A DNA stretch of 64,000 nt from Octopus vulgaris. Taxonomy: Eukaryota. The first letter of the stretch is position 1. Every line of letters begins with the position of its first letter. The DNA lies in assembly GCA_951406725.2 (NCBI GenBank), contig OX597827.1:72726001-72790000 (forward strand), read 5' to 3'. Below are positions 13,413 through 26,797 of the stretch, piece after piece. Made by a program: the position numbers and the translations under genes. Below the pieces are notes generated by a model. The model was not told the origin of the DNA. It worked only from the letters and a program-made list of their open reading frames with translations, and did no database searches.

Positions 13413-14657
13413 TTTAGATGTATGTATTGGTATGTACTGTAAGAAACAGCCAGGCTTCCTTCTCTAGCATTTTACATAATTCAACCTACGCAAGTTAAAA
13501 AGTGAATAGCAAAATAGTTGAAAGAACAGCAAAATTTTGATCAAAGTTTCTATAAAACTAGTTTTTAAATTCTGTTGTGTCTGGGGAGAGTCATTCTCTT
13601 TTAGTGCCTTATTATTTAACACATTCACCAGTAAAATTTCCACTTATTTCTTATTTTTATTTTCTAAAATTTTCGTTGCGTCTTGCAACCTTTTCAATAG
13701 TCTTGACTCTGTCCGTTATTTACACTGTTCCCTTTTGTTTGTTTGTGCACATGTGTGTGGGTCAGTCGGTCAGTATGTGTGTGTGCCTATAAAATGAAAT
13801 AGTTTTTAAATGTTGAATGGTTGTGAGGTTCCTCTAGAATAAAAGAGTAATCTAAGTGGTCCAGAGATGAAAAATGGTTGAGAACCCCTGATATGCAAGA
13901 TGCTTTATGGTTGGTGTTGAGAGGTTGATGTATGATAGAGGGACAAGAATAGGTTTACTGTAGTGAAGATACACACACACACACACACACACATATACAT
14001 ATATATATGTGTGTGTGTATGTATGTATATATATATATATATATGTATATACATATATACATACATACACACATACACACACACATATATATTCATTTAT
14101 TCTTTTACTTGTTTCAAGCATTTGACTGCAGCCATGCTGGAGCACTGCCCTGAAGGGTTGAACAAATCAACCCTAGGACTTATCTTTTAAACCTAGTACT
14201 TATTTCTTCAGTCTCTTTTGCTGAACCACAAAGTTACAAGGGCACAAATACACCAGCATCAGTTTTCAAGCACATTGGTTGACCTGGAATTATAGTAAAA
14301 GACACTTGCCCAAGGTTTCTCACACAGTGGAACTGAACCCAAAACCATGTGGTTGCAAAGCGATCTCCTTAACCACATGACCATCCCTCCACCTGCCTGG
14401 GTAACATATTTCCATGCCTTTGCGAAAACTATGTTGGCTCGTCGGCTAATTTACATGGTTTGTCTGTACGTCTTGTGTACTGACATGAATCGGTATATTG
14501 TAATTGTTAAGCTGTCTCTAGATCACTGACATTCAAATGAACCCTTAAAAATACCTAAACCCTACTTTTACACGGTCTATTAAATCCTCCCACCCTTATT
14601 TTTTCACTCTTTTTCTTGTCCCCTAACTTCCAACCACTCTTGTTTCAAATCCTTTCT

Positions 14658-14699
<42 letters not shown>

Positions 14700-15889
14700 C
14701 CTCTCTCTCTTTCACTGCTTCCCCTTGACCCCAAAACATTTGCAGTGACTAATACGTCACTAATAGCTGTGAACTGGCAGAGTTGTTTAAGGGTTTCAAC
14801 GGAATGCTTGCCATTGGATCCGACCAAATTCTCCAACCGATGCTAACATGGAAGATGGATGATAATGATGACAACAATGATGATGACAATGACGATAACG
14901 ATGATGATGACTATGATGATGACTACGACAATGATAGTGACGATGACAACGATGATGATGGTGATGTGGTTGGTAAACAAGCAACTTACCACACAGCCAC
15001 TCCTGCACCTAAAAAAAGTTCCTACTCAAGTAAAATATTCGAAAATGTCATATTTCCAATTTTTATTCACCTGTCTTTTTTTTTTAATGATATTACTGTT
15101 AAATTACTTAGGGGCCTAAGCCAAGGGATAAAATGACAAAAAAGTATTTGTTCAATGTGGCCTCTATGAGGGGCAATGAATTGTAAGGTGACCTTCATGA
15201 ACAAAAAGGTTCCCCACTCCTGATCTGGATCAAAATATTTTCATTGACCCCTGAATATAGTATTGCGGATCCCTTATTTAATATTTTGCCTGCAAGGACC
15301 CTTATATGGTCTCCAGCTGAGAACCCCTGCTCTAGGTCATTGTCTTTGGTCACATACTCTTTAAACTGTTCTCCACCTCACCATGACAGGAGACAGGTGT
15401 AGGGGTCACTTCATCTCCTTAGAGGTGAGCACATACACAGCAGTCAAACCAGTCTTATGGAAACAAAAAAAAATATGAACAAACATGGAAGTCTACAAAA
15501 ACTATGGTTGACTCGTTTGATAACAATCCACCTCATTTCTATCATACAAACTTCCTGTTTAAATGACCTAAATTAAAACTTTCCTTCAAAATTCCATGTT
15601 GATTAATGTTAATTCATGTTAATTTATGTTAATTTACATTCCATACCCCAGTTTAATAAGGACAAAGTTTTTGTACTAAATTCTTCGTTATTTCCAATAT
15701 TAATTTGAATTAAGGTGTATGTCAATAGAAATATGGTAACAAAAGTTGTTAAAATCTAAATTGTAATTTAAGGCCACTGGTATTCATAAAGTGTTAAACA
15801 CTTTCTGTATCCAAATTAGGGACCCCTTCATAGAGTTACTGCTGCATGTATTGAGTATATAAACAGTTTGGCTGTTTGTTTCTCTGGAT

Positions 15890-16290
15890 ACAAGGTGCTA
15901 AACGCAGAGAGGACAAACAAGGACAGACAAATGGATTAAGTTGATTACATCGACCCCAGTGCTTAACTGGTACTTATTTAATCAACCTCGAAAGGATGAA
16001 AGGCAAAGTCGACCTCGGCGGAATTTGAACTTAGAACGTAGCGGTAGACGAAATACCTATTTCTTTACTACCCACAAGGGGCTAAACACAGAGAGGACAA
16101 ACAAGGACAGACAAAATGGATTAAGTCGATTACATCAACCCCAGTGTGTAACTGGTACTTAATTTATCGACCCCGAAAGGATGAAAGGCAAAGTTGACCT
16201 CGGCGGAATTTGAACTCAGAACGTAACTGCAGACGAAATACGGCTACGCATTTCGCCCGGCGTGCTAACGTTTCTGCCAGTTCGCCACCT
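15890..16290 (-). mobile_element. tRNA-derived SINE with Meta-like domain, tandem dimer
   Basis: gagttcaaattccgccgaggtcgactttgcctttcatcctttcggggtcgataaa; also at 7472-7690, 37292-37575, 50815-50935, 60755-60925. Confidence 0.8.
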
Positions 16291-16469
16291 TGTTTCTCTG
16301 GATACAGTCAGAATAATGTAGACGCCTCTGATGAGACAGCAATAAGGTTTGAAATTAGTTTAAGGTTGTTCATCATTTTTTTCAGTCTGCAGAGAAATGA
16401 CTAAAATTTGTCCTGTTAATAATTATACCATATGTTACATATAATTTTGAAATTTTGTAATTAAAGATA

Positions 16470-16876
16470 CAGGAGTGGCTGTGTGGTAAGTAGCTTGCTA
16501 ACCAACCACATGGTTCCGGGTTCAGTCCCACTGCGTGGCATCTTGGGCAAGTGTCTTCTGCTGTAGCCCCGGGCCAACCAATGCCTTGTGAGTGGATTTG
16601 GTAGACGGAAACTGAAAGAAGCCTGTCGTATATATGTATATATATATATGTGTGTGTGTTTGTGTGTCTGTGTTTGTCCCCCTAGCATTGCTTGACAACC
16701 GATGCTGCTGTGTTTACGTCGCCATCACTTAGCGGTTCGGCAAAAGAGACCGATAGAATAAGTACTGGGCTTACAAAGAATAAGTCCCAGGGTCGATTTG
16801 CTCGACTAAAGGCGGTGCTCCAGCATGGCCACAGTCAAATGACTGAAACAAGTAAAAGAGTAAAGAGTAAAGAGTA
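16470..16876 (+). mobile_element. Full-length tRNA-derived SINE with CORE-like domain (family A; >15 copies in the window)
   Basis: A/B-box head (tggctgtgtggtaag...ggttcagtccc), ttgggcaagtgtctt core, internal microsatellite, tail ...gactgaaacaagtaaaagag. Other copies at about 10915, 14100, 28160, 29810, 47198, 51415, 61181. Confidence 0.85.
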
Positions 16877-17319
16877 ATTTATCTCACTGCAGAAGGGTCT
16901 CCACACTGGTTCTTAATTACTTAAGATTTACTCCAGCACTCCAAAGGGTTCTCATCCACAGAACCAGAGTCCCACTTCTCTGGTGTCTTGCCCAACACAT
17001 TTTTACATAAAAATGAAGAGTTTCATACCCACAGTTTTTTTGTGAGGTTCTTGAGGGGTGAGCGGAGATCCTTATTGGGGGTGGGGTTTAGTGTTGAGTT
17101 TTGATGTATTTTTGGTGTTAGATAAGTGGGTGAAGGAGGTCAGTGAGAGGGGGAGAGTCTAAACAACAGGTGTAATTAAACGACAAGTATAATTAAACGA
17201 CAGGTGTAATTAAAGGTTTCACCTTTTAGCACCTTCTTGTTTTCTCACATGCCTTACACTTGATGCCGATAGAAAGTTGGAAATGAGATGGATGAAGAAA
17301 AGAAGAAAGAGTAGCATCA

Positions 17320-17491
17320 GGCAGGGGAGGGGGAGGAGAATGAGGGGAGGAAGAGGAGAATGAAGAGGAAGGAGAAGTGGAGGAGGAAGAGGAAAGAAGG
17401 AAAAAAGGCGTGAAGGAGAGGAGAATAAAAGGTGGAGGAGAAGGGAATGAAATAGAAGAAGGAGGAGGTGGAGGAGGTGAAGGAGGATGAG

Positions 17492-17548
<57 letters not shown>

Positions 17549-17583
17549 CAACAATAATAATAATAATAATGATGATGATAATG

Positions 17584-17624
<41 letters not shown>

Positions 17625-17750
17625 TATAATAATAATAATAATAAGAAGAAGAAGGAATATAGGGAGAAAAAGAAGAGGAAGAAAAAGAAGTGAAAAATGA
17701 AGAAGGAAGACGTGGGGGAAGAGGAAGAGGAGGGAGAGAAGAAAAAGAAG
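17320..17750. repeat. Purine-rich tract with (AAT)n
   Basis: Direct inspection. Confidence 0.95.
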
Positions 17751-18124
17751 AGCTCTGCCCTTGATATAAACATATGCTTATCAAAATGTCAGGGTAACAT
17801 TTTTTTTAAAATCATGTTAATTTGATTAAAACAATATTTAGTTAGTAGTGTGCACTGGTAGGCTGACAGCTTCATTAGGGCTAACGAGTGGAAATGAACG
17901 AAAACAAGTAAGAAAGGGTTTTCAACAGTTTTCATGATTGGTTGGCTGGAATCAGTCTGTAATTAAAAGATGAAAGAGACTCAATTAAAAAAAAAAAAAT
18001 TCATTTGCTTAAATAATATAAGTCTTCGTTAAAAAAAAATAAAAAAGACACAAAAATATCAAACTGTATGGACTGCATTTTCATCATCATCACCACCACC
18101 ACCACTACCATCGCCGCCACCACC

Positions 18125-18156
<32 letters not shown>

Positions 18157-18568
18157 ATATATATATATACATATACACACATACATATATGTATTTATAT
18201 TTATATATATAAATATATACATGTATATATACATATATATTTATATGTATGTATGTATGTATGTATTTGTGTGTCTGTGTTTGTTCCCCCCCATCATCGC
18301 TTGACAACTGATGATGTGTTTATATCACTGTAACTTAGTAATTCAGCAAAAGGGACTGATGGAATAAGTACTAGGTTAACAAAGAATAAGTCCTGGGGTC
18401 GATTTGTTCAACTAAAGGCGGTGCTCCAGCATAGCCACAGTCAAATGACAGAAGCAATAAAGAAACAGGCAGATAAATAAGTTGACAAACAGAAGTGCTG
18501 ATTGATAGAGAGAAAATTTGACAGACAGATCAATGCATATCAGCATCAACTTCCATATTCATAAGCCT

Positions 18569-20482
18569 GAAGGTGTAGCTGCTAAAATAAGACTAGCCTG
18601 GGCAAAGTTCAGAGAGCTCTTACCTCTGCTGGTGACAAAGGGTCTCTCGTTCAGAGTAAAAATTAGATTTTATGACGCATGTGTACGAACAGCCATGCTA
18701 CATGGCAGTGAAACATGGGCCGTGACTGCCGAGGACATGCGTTAGCTTGCAAGGAATGAAGCTAGTATGATCCGATGGATGTGTAATGTCAGTGTGCATA
18801 CTCGACAGAGTGTAAGTACCTTGAGAGAAAAGTTGGACCTAAGAAGCATCAAATGTGGTGTACAGGAGAGACGACTGCACTGGTATGGTCATGTGGCGAG
18901 AATGGATGAGGATAGCTGTGTGAAAAAGTGCCACACCCTTGGATGAAGTGGTGAAGCACGACCTTTGAACATTAGGCCTTACCGAGGCAATGACTAGAGA
19001 CCAAGACCTTTGAAAATATGCTGTGCTTGAGAAGACCCAGCAAGCCAAGTGAGGCCATAACCTCATGGCCTATGCCAGGGGTGTAACCAGTCCACTTATG
19101 CGTACCTTTCCTTCATTGGATACTAAATTCTGCTTGCGAAGACCTGCTGAGGCAAGTGAAATCAAAATCAAATTCGATGACTGGCATCCATGCTAGTGGA
19201 GCGCTAAGAGCACCATCCGAACGTAATTGTTGCCAGAGCAGCTTACTGGCTTCTGTGCTGGTGGCACGTAAAAAGTACCATTCGAGCGTGATCAATACCA
19301 GCATCGCCTTACTGGCGCTTGTGCTGGTGGCACGTAAAAAGTACCATTCGAGCGTGATCAATACCAGCATCGCCTTACTGGCGCTTGTGCTGGTGGCACG
19401 TAAAAAGTACCATTCGAGCGTGATCAATACCAGCATCGCCTTACTGGCGCTTGTGCTGGTGGCACGTAAAAAGTACCATTCGAGCGTGATCAATACCAGC
19501 ATCGCCTTACTGGCGCTTGTGCTGGTGGCACGTAAAAGTACCATTCGAGCGTGATCAATACCAGCATCGCCTTACTGGCGCTTGTGCTGGTGGCACGTAA
19601 AAAGTACCATTCGAGCGTGATCAATACCAGCATCGCCTTACTGGCGCTTGTGCTGGTGGCACGTAAAAAGTACCATTCGAGCGTGATCAATACCAGCATC
19701 GCCTTACTGGCGCTTGTGCTGGTGGCACGTAAAAAGTACCATTCGAGCGTGATCAATACCAGCATCGCCTTACTGGCGCTTGTGCTGGTGGCACGTAAAA
19801 AGTACCATTCGAGCGTGATCAATACCAGCATCGCCTTACTGGCGCTTGTGCTGGTGGCACGTAAAAAGTACCATTCGAGCGTGATCAATACCAGCATCGC
19901 CTTACTGGCGCTTGTGCTGGTGGCACGTAAAAAGTACCATTCGAGCGTGATCAATACCAGCATCGCCTTACTGGCGCTTGTGCTGGTGGCACGTAAAAAG
20001 TACCATTCGAGCGTGATCAATACCAGCATCGCCTTACTGGCACTTGTGCTGGTGGCACGTAAAAAGTACCATTCGAGCGTGATCAATACCAGCATCGCCT
20101 TACTGGCGCTTGTGCTGGTGGCACGTAAAAAGTACCATTCGAGCGTGATCAATACCAGCATCGCCTTACTGGCGCTTGTGCTGGTGGCACGTGAAAAAAC
20201 ATTCGAGTGAGGTTGTTGCCAATGCTGCTGGACTGGCTCCTGTGCAGGTGGCACGTAAAACACACCATTTGAGCGTGGCCGTTGCCAGTACTGCCTGACT
20301 GGCCCTTGTGCCGGTGGCACGTAAAAGCACCCACTACACTCTCGGAGTGGTTGGCAATGGGAAGGGCATCCAGCTGTAGAAACTCTGCCAGATCAAGATT
20401 GGAGCCTGGTGCAGCCATCTGGTTCGCCAGACCTCAGTCAAATCGTCCGACCCATGCTAGCATGGAAAGCGGACGTTAAACA

Positions 20483-20526
<44 letters not shown>
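18569..20526 (+). mobile_element. 5'-truncated RTE-clade LINE (RT C-terminus, long 3'UTR, (GAT)n tail)
   Basis: IRLAWAKFRELLPLL...YDACVRTAMLHGSETW...RRLHWYGHVARM; ggaagggcatccagctgtagaaa tail motif; GAT repeats. Confidence 0.9.
19255..20195 (+). repeat. 66-bp tandem array, 14 copies plus a partial copy
   Basis: Unit gtgctggtggcacgtaaaaagtaccattcgagcgtgatcaataccagcatcgccttactggcgctt; one 1-bp deletion near 19535 and one g>a near 20042. Confidence 0.97.
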
Positions 20527-21034
20527 AAAACTTCTATATCTTTAAATCTCTTGAAATTTAACCTCCTCATGTTTCACTTTGCTTTATTTTATTTCATTTT
20601 AATTTATGTCATTTCACCTCTTTCCTCTACCTTCCTGACCTCTCCTACCAACAGTGTGACCCTGTTATCTATTATCTAACAACACTTAAACCATGTTGCC
20701 TAAGAAACATCAGCACACTATCTTCAATAAATAGTTCAGGAGATATAACAATTGCTTTATGTATTCGCTTCTTAGTTTGCTTTTACATCTGTTTTCTCCA
20801 TACTAGTATGGGTTAGATGAGTATATTATAGAGGCATTGTTTTACCACCAGATGCCTTTCCTGTTGCTAACCCTTACCTATTGTTCAAGGTTAGAGGTCT
20901 CTTGTTTCAAATGTTGTTGAAAGTGCAATGCCAGGGGCTGCTTTCTTGGCTGTGAAATGAGATCATTTTTTGTAGCTCAATAATTTGTAGAGAAGCACAA
21001 ACGTATACAAATTCAAAGAAACACACACACACAC

Positions 21035-21225
21035 ATGCATGTATGTGTGTATGTAATTATGTATGTATGTATGTATTATGTGTGTATGTATGTAATTATG
21101 CATGTATGTATGTATGTACGTATGTATGTATGCATGTATGTATGTATGTATGCATGTATGCATGTATGTATGTATGTATGTATGTATGTATGTATGTATG
21201 TATGTATGCATGTAATGAAAGTATG

Positions 21226-21256
<31 letters not shown>

Positions 21257-21329
21257 TTATGCATGTATGTATGTATGTATGTATGTATGTATGTATGTAT
21301 GTATGTATGTATGTATGTATGTATGTATG

Positions 21330-21360
<31 letters not shown>

Positions 21361-21810
21361 TTATGTATGTATGTATGTGTGTATGTATGTATGTATGTAT
21401 GTATGTATGTATGCATATGCGTGTGCATGTGGCTGTGTGTATATGTATGCATATATGTCATTATTCACTTTATTTCAAGATTTCTTGTCAATAGAGAAAG
21501 AACTGGTTTCTAACCTAGATCCTTCACTGGAATTTCAACATCAACATCAGGGTTGTATGAGTGTATATATGTATGTATGTATTTTGTATGTATATATGTA
21601 TGTATGTATGTATGTGTGTGTGTGTATGTATGTATGTATGTATGTATGTATGTGTGTGTGTGTATGTATGTATGTATGTTTGTATGTATATATGTATGTA
21701 TGTTTCATGTATTTGTATGTACGTAAGTATATATGTATGTATGTATGGATGGCTGGCTGGTTGGCTGGATGTATGTATGGATGTATGTATGTATATATGA
21801 ATGTTTGTAT
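21035..21810. repeat. (TATG)n microsatellite blocks
   Basis: Direct inspection. Confidence 0.97.
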
Positions 21811-21871
21811 GTATAAAATTAAATCACGAATTAAGAGCAGCTCTAGTAACATAAACATTATTAGTCACACA

Positions 21872-21904
<33 letters not shown>

Positions 21905-21945
21905 GTGTCTGTGTGCATGTGCAGGTGTGTATGTATGTATGTATG

Positions 21946-22001
<56 letters not shown>

Positions 22002-22417
22002 TATGCATATAAATATATATATTTAAAAGTGGGGAATCTGAGCAGGAAGATACACATGGATAGAAAGTATCTCTGCAGAGGTCACAGATGTGTGATGAAA
22101 AATTTCCAGACAATGAACATAAGATAGAATAAGAACAATAATAAATGAGTGAAGAACGAATATATTTAGAGTGCATGTGTTTATTTGGCATGAATAGAGA
22201 AAAAATGTCCATCCCCAACTATAACAATAACTGTTTCAACACACGGTTTCACACCAAGAATCTTGCAAAAACAAATTCATAAACATACATCATCATCATC
22301 ATCCTTTAATGACCGTTTTCCATGCTGGCAATATATATATATACATATACATATATACATACTGGAGTAAGCACATAAATGTGGAAAAAAGAGTACTCAA
22401 ATACCAGAGGTAGAGTA

Positions 22418-22579
22418 ATATGCTTTATTTAAAAGTAGCAGAAATATAACAAAAGCTGTTACTCAGAGTTCCACGTTCCTGTTCGTCGAACAGATTTGTT
22501 GAAATAGAGAAAACTGTCCGACAAACGGGAACGTGAAACAGCTTTTGTTATATTTCTGCTGCTTTTAAATAAAGTATAT
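22418..22579. mobile_element. Penelope-like inverted-repeat remnant with variant hammerhead cores
   Basis: Arms of about 42 bp (atatgctttatttaaaag...agctgtt); inner ctgt-CCGACGA-acgggaacgt-GAAAC-like motifs on both strands. Confidence 0.55.
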
Positions 22580-22651
22580 ATATATATATATATATATATG
22601 TAAGTGAGTTTGAAGGGATATGTTCACTTGGTGGATGACCAACAAACGGAT

Positions 22652-22741
22652 GGACTCTGATGAAGCTGCACCAACAATAATGCAAAATTGCATCTGCAAC
22701 AATGAGCAGTTGGTGCTGTGGAAACCTGCGCAGGTCATTAT
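22652..22741 (+). ncRNA. Hammerhead-like motif with long stem II
   Basis: CTGATGA, gcaccaac/gttggtgc, GAAA, palindrome acctgcgcaggt, GTC; stem I is weak. Confidence 0.5.
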
Positions 22742-22779
22742 AATATCCTGTACAAAATTATGAAATTAATTACTCTTTA

Positions 22780-23184
<405 letters not shown>

Positions 23185-23345
23185 TTCTGCATTATCGCTG
23201 TGAAAACAACATGCATTCATGAATTTATTTATTTATTTTTTAAATACATATTTTACCTGTGAATTTGCATGTGTAATCTGAGAATACATACAATACTTCT
23301 ATTAATAGTATCCGTATGTGATTTTTATAGTCACCTGTCTATCTT

Positions 23346-23643
23346 CTAAGCCATTAGCCTTTTGCACATTGACAACATTCTGAGTACTGTTATTTTAGGA
23401 TCCACATCTACTTCCAGGCCAACAGATGAGTTCACTTGGGTCTCTTCTATTTCATTGGTTGTCAAACTATAGTTCTTATCTTGATACCTAGTTGTGTTAC
23501 TTATGGTTTGTTTGCTCTTGTTGACATTGTTGCTATTTATTGATCTATAGTTATAATTCTGGTTACTATAATTGCTATTGTTCATATGGAAACTGGTAAA
23601 TTTACTAGTGTTGTGTGTTGCTACATTTTGTGTTTGATTTTTG
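23346..23643 (-). CDS. Candidate terminal exon, Asn/Ser/Thr-rich, unknown product
   Basis: tttttctattag| acceptor, 99-codon open frame in unique sequence, AATAAA copies at about 23224-23240. Confidence 0.3.
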
Positions 23644-23670
23644 CTAATAGAAAAAGCTAATTTAACTCTA

Positions 23671-24185
23671 TCATCATCATCATCATCCTCGTTTAGCGTC
23701 CGCTTTCCATGCTAGCATGGGTTGGATGGTTCAACTGGGGTCTGGGAAGCCAGAAGGCTGCACCAGGCCCAGTCTGATCTGGCAATGTTTCTACGACTGG
23801 ATGCCCTTCCTAATGCCAACCACTCTGTGAGTGTAGTGGGTGCTTTTTACGTGCCACCGGCACAGGTACCAGACGAGGCTGGCAAACGGCCACGATCGGA
23901 TGGTGCTTTTACGTGCCACCGGCACGGGGACCAGGCGAGGCTGGCAACAGCCATGAACGGATGGTGCTTTTTACATGCCACCGGCACGAGGCTAGTCGGG
24001 GCCGCACCGGCAACGGCCACGTTCGGATGGTTCTCTTACGTGCCACCGGCACTGGTATCACAGCTGCAATTTCCATTGATGTTGATCGATTTCAATTCTC
24101 ACTTGCCTCAACAGGTCTTCACAAGTAGAGTTTTGTGTCCCCAGAAGGAAAAGTACGCAAAAGTGGACTGGCACATCATCCCGGG
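23671..24185 (-). mobile_element. RTE 3'UTR fragment with four divergent core modules
   Basis: (CAT)n tail and four copies of ggtgctttttacgtgccaccggcac-like core. Confidence 0.85.
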
Positions 24186-24344
24186 TTATGGTTTCACTTA
24201 TGTTTATTAAAAATTCTATAGCATTTACTGTCTTTTGGAAAATGTTTAGTCAATGCTGAATAAAACAATTTTAATATGTTGGAAATTATTTATTTTCCAA
24301 AGGGAATTATATACCATTCAATTCAACTAGAGGTGTCTATGTTA

Positions 24345-25786
24345 TTGAGGTATACTCTTTTACACTTTTACTTGTTTCAGTCATTTGACTGTGGCCATGC
24401 TGGAGCACCACATTTTAATCGAGCAACTCGACCCCGGGACTTATTCTTTTGTAATGCCAGTACTTATTCTATCGGTCTCTTTTGCCGAACCGCTAAGTAA
24501 CAGGAACATAAACACACCAGCATCGGTTGTCAAGTAATGCTAGGGGACAAACACAGACACACAAACACGCACATATATATATATCTTTTCTCTTTTAGTT
24601 GTTTCAGTCATTTGACTGTGGCCATGCTGGATCACCGCCTTTAATCGAGCAACTCGACCCCGGGACTTATTCTTTGTAAGCCCAGTACTTATTCTATCGG
24701 TCTCTTTTGCCGAACCGCTAAGTAACGGGGACATAAGCACACCAGCATCGGTTGTCAAGCAATGCTAGGGGGACAGACACAGACACACAAACGCATATAT
24801 ATATATATATATACATATATACGATGGGCTTCTTTCAGTTTCCGTCTACCAAATACACTCACAAGGCTTTGGTCGGCCCGACGCTATAGTAGAAGACACT
24901 TGCCCAAGGTGCCACGCAGTGGGACTGAACCCGAAACCATGTGGTTGGTAAACAAGCTACTTACCGCACAGCCACTCCTACGCCTATATATATACATATA
25001 TATGACGGGCTTCTCTCAGTTTCCATCTCCCAAATCCCCTCACAAGGCTTTGGTCGGCCCGGGGCTATAGTAGAAGGCACTTGGCACTTGCCACTTGCCA
25101 CGCAGTGGGACTGAACCCGGAACCATGTGGTTGGTAAACAAGCTACTTACCGCACAGCCACTCCTACGCCTATATATATACATATATATATATATACATA
25201 TATACGACGGGCTTCTCTCAGTTTCCGTCTCCCAAATCCCCTCACAAGGCTTTGGTCGGCCCAGGGCTATAATAGAAGGCACTTGCCCAAGGTGCCACAC
25301 AGTGGGACTGAACCCGAAACCATGTGGTTGGTAAACAAGCTACTTACCGCACAGCCACTCCTACGCCTATATATATACATATATATATATACATATATAT
25401 ATATACATATATATGACGGGCTTCTCTCAGTTTCCATCTCCCAAATCCATTCACAAGGTTTTGGTTGGCCCGGGGCTATAGTAGAAGGCACTTGCCCAAG
25501 GTGCCATGCAGTGGGACTGAACCCGGAACCATGTGGTTGGTAAACAAGCTACTTACCGCACAGCCACTCCTACGCCTATATATATACATATATATATATA
25601 CATATATACGACGGGCTTCTCTCAGTTTCCGTCTCCCAAATCCACTCACAAGGCTTTGGAGGCCCGGGGCTATAGTAGAAGGCACTTGGCACTTGCCACT
25701 TGCCACGCAGTGGGACTGAACCCGGAACCATGTGGTTGGTAAACAAGCTACTTACCGCACAGCCACTCCTACGCCTATATATATAC

Positions 25787-25819
<33 letters not shown>

Positions 25820-25992
25820 CATATATACGACGGGCTTCTCTCAGTTTCCGTCTCCCAAATCCACTCACAAGGCTTTGGTCGGCCCGGGGCTATAGTAGAA
25901 GGCACTTGCCCAAGGTGCCATGCAGTGGGACTGAACCCGGAACCATGTGGTTGTTTGACAAGCTACTTACCACACAGCCACTACTGCGCCTA
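24345..25992 (-). repeat. Tandem array of family A SINE (two tails, six heads)
   Basis: Head copies at about 24821, 25002, 25205, 25413, 25609 and 25828, separated by AT/AC microsatellite. Confidence 0.92.
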
Positions 25993-26397
25993 TGTAATTC
26001 TATTTCTATTGAAGCCTTTTGTAAAAGTCTGTAACCTATTTAACTGGTTCTTTTTATAATGGCATTGCGCTTGTTTGCAATTGTATTCGACATTACATTT
26101 GTCAGTTATTTGCATAGTGCTATTTACAGAGCTTATGTATTGGTTACATAATTTATAAAATAATGAAGGTGGATATATGCAATATGAAACCAATAAGGGA
26201 AAGTTCAATTTTGTTCCCCACCACCACTTGAGAACTGGTGTTGGTGTGTTTACATCTCTGTAACTTAGCAGTTTGGCAAAAGACACCGATAGAAAAAGTA
26301 CCAGGCTTCAAAAACAAGTACTGAAGTTGATTTATTTGACTAAAATTCTTCAGTGCAGTGTCTCAGCATGGATGCAGTCCAAAGATGGAAACAAGTA

Positions 26398-26797
26398 ATA
26401 GATAAAATATAACAGATTCCATCCATAGCCATCACCATCTAGTTTTATAATCAGATACTATATCTATATGCTTTATCCAAAAAGTGTCCTTCCCCTTTTT
26501 TTTTTATGGTAAAGGAGTGTTTGAAGAGAATAGATAAAATATAACAGATTCCATCCATAGCCATCACCATCTAGTTTTATAATCAGATACTATATCTATA
26601 CACTTTATCCAAAAAGTGTCCTTCCCCTTTTTTTTTTTTATGGTAAAGGAGTGTTTGAAGAGAATAGATAAAATATAACAGATTCCATCCATAGCCATCA
26701 CCATCTAGTTTTATAATCAGATACTATATCTATATGCTTTATCCAAAAAGTGTCCTTCCCCTTTTTTTTATGTGGTAAAGGAGTGTTTGAAGAGAAT
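26398..26797. repeat. About 132-bp tandem triplication
   Basis: gataaaatataacagattccatccatagcc... x3, differing mainly in T-run length. Confidence 0.95.

Noticed and set aside
19113-20320. Repeat-protein ORFs of 132-276 aa
   Set aside because: Open only because the unit is 66 bp; broken by a 1-bp deletion; no splice or expression support
19255-20335. CRISPR-like repeat-spacer array next to a reverse transcriptase
   Set aside because: Units are identical along their full length, the variable parts in other copies are related to each other, there are no cas genes, and the context is a eukaryotic LINE 3'UTR
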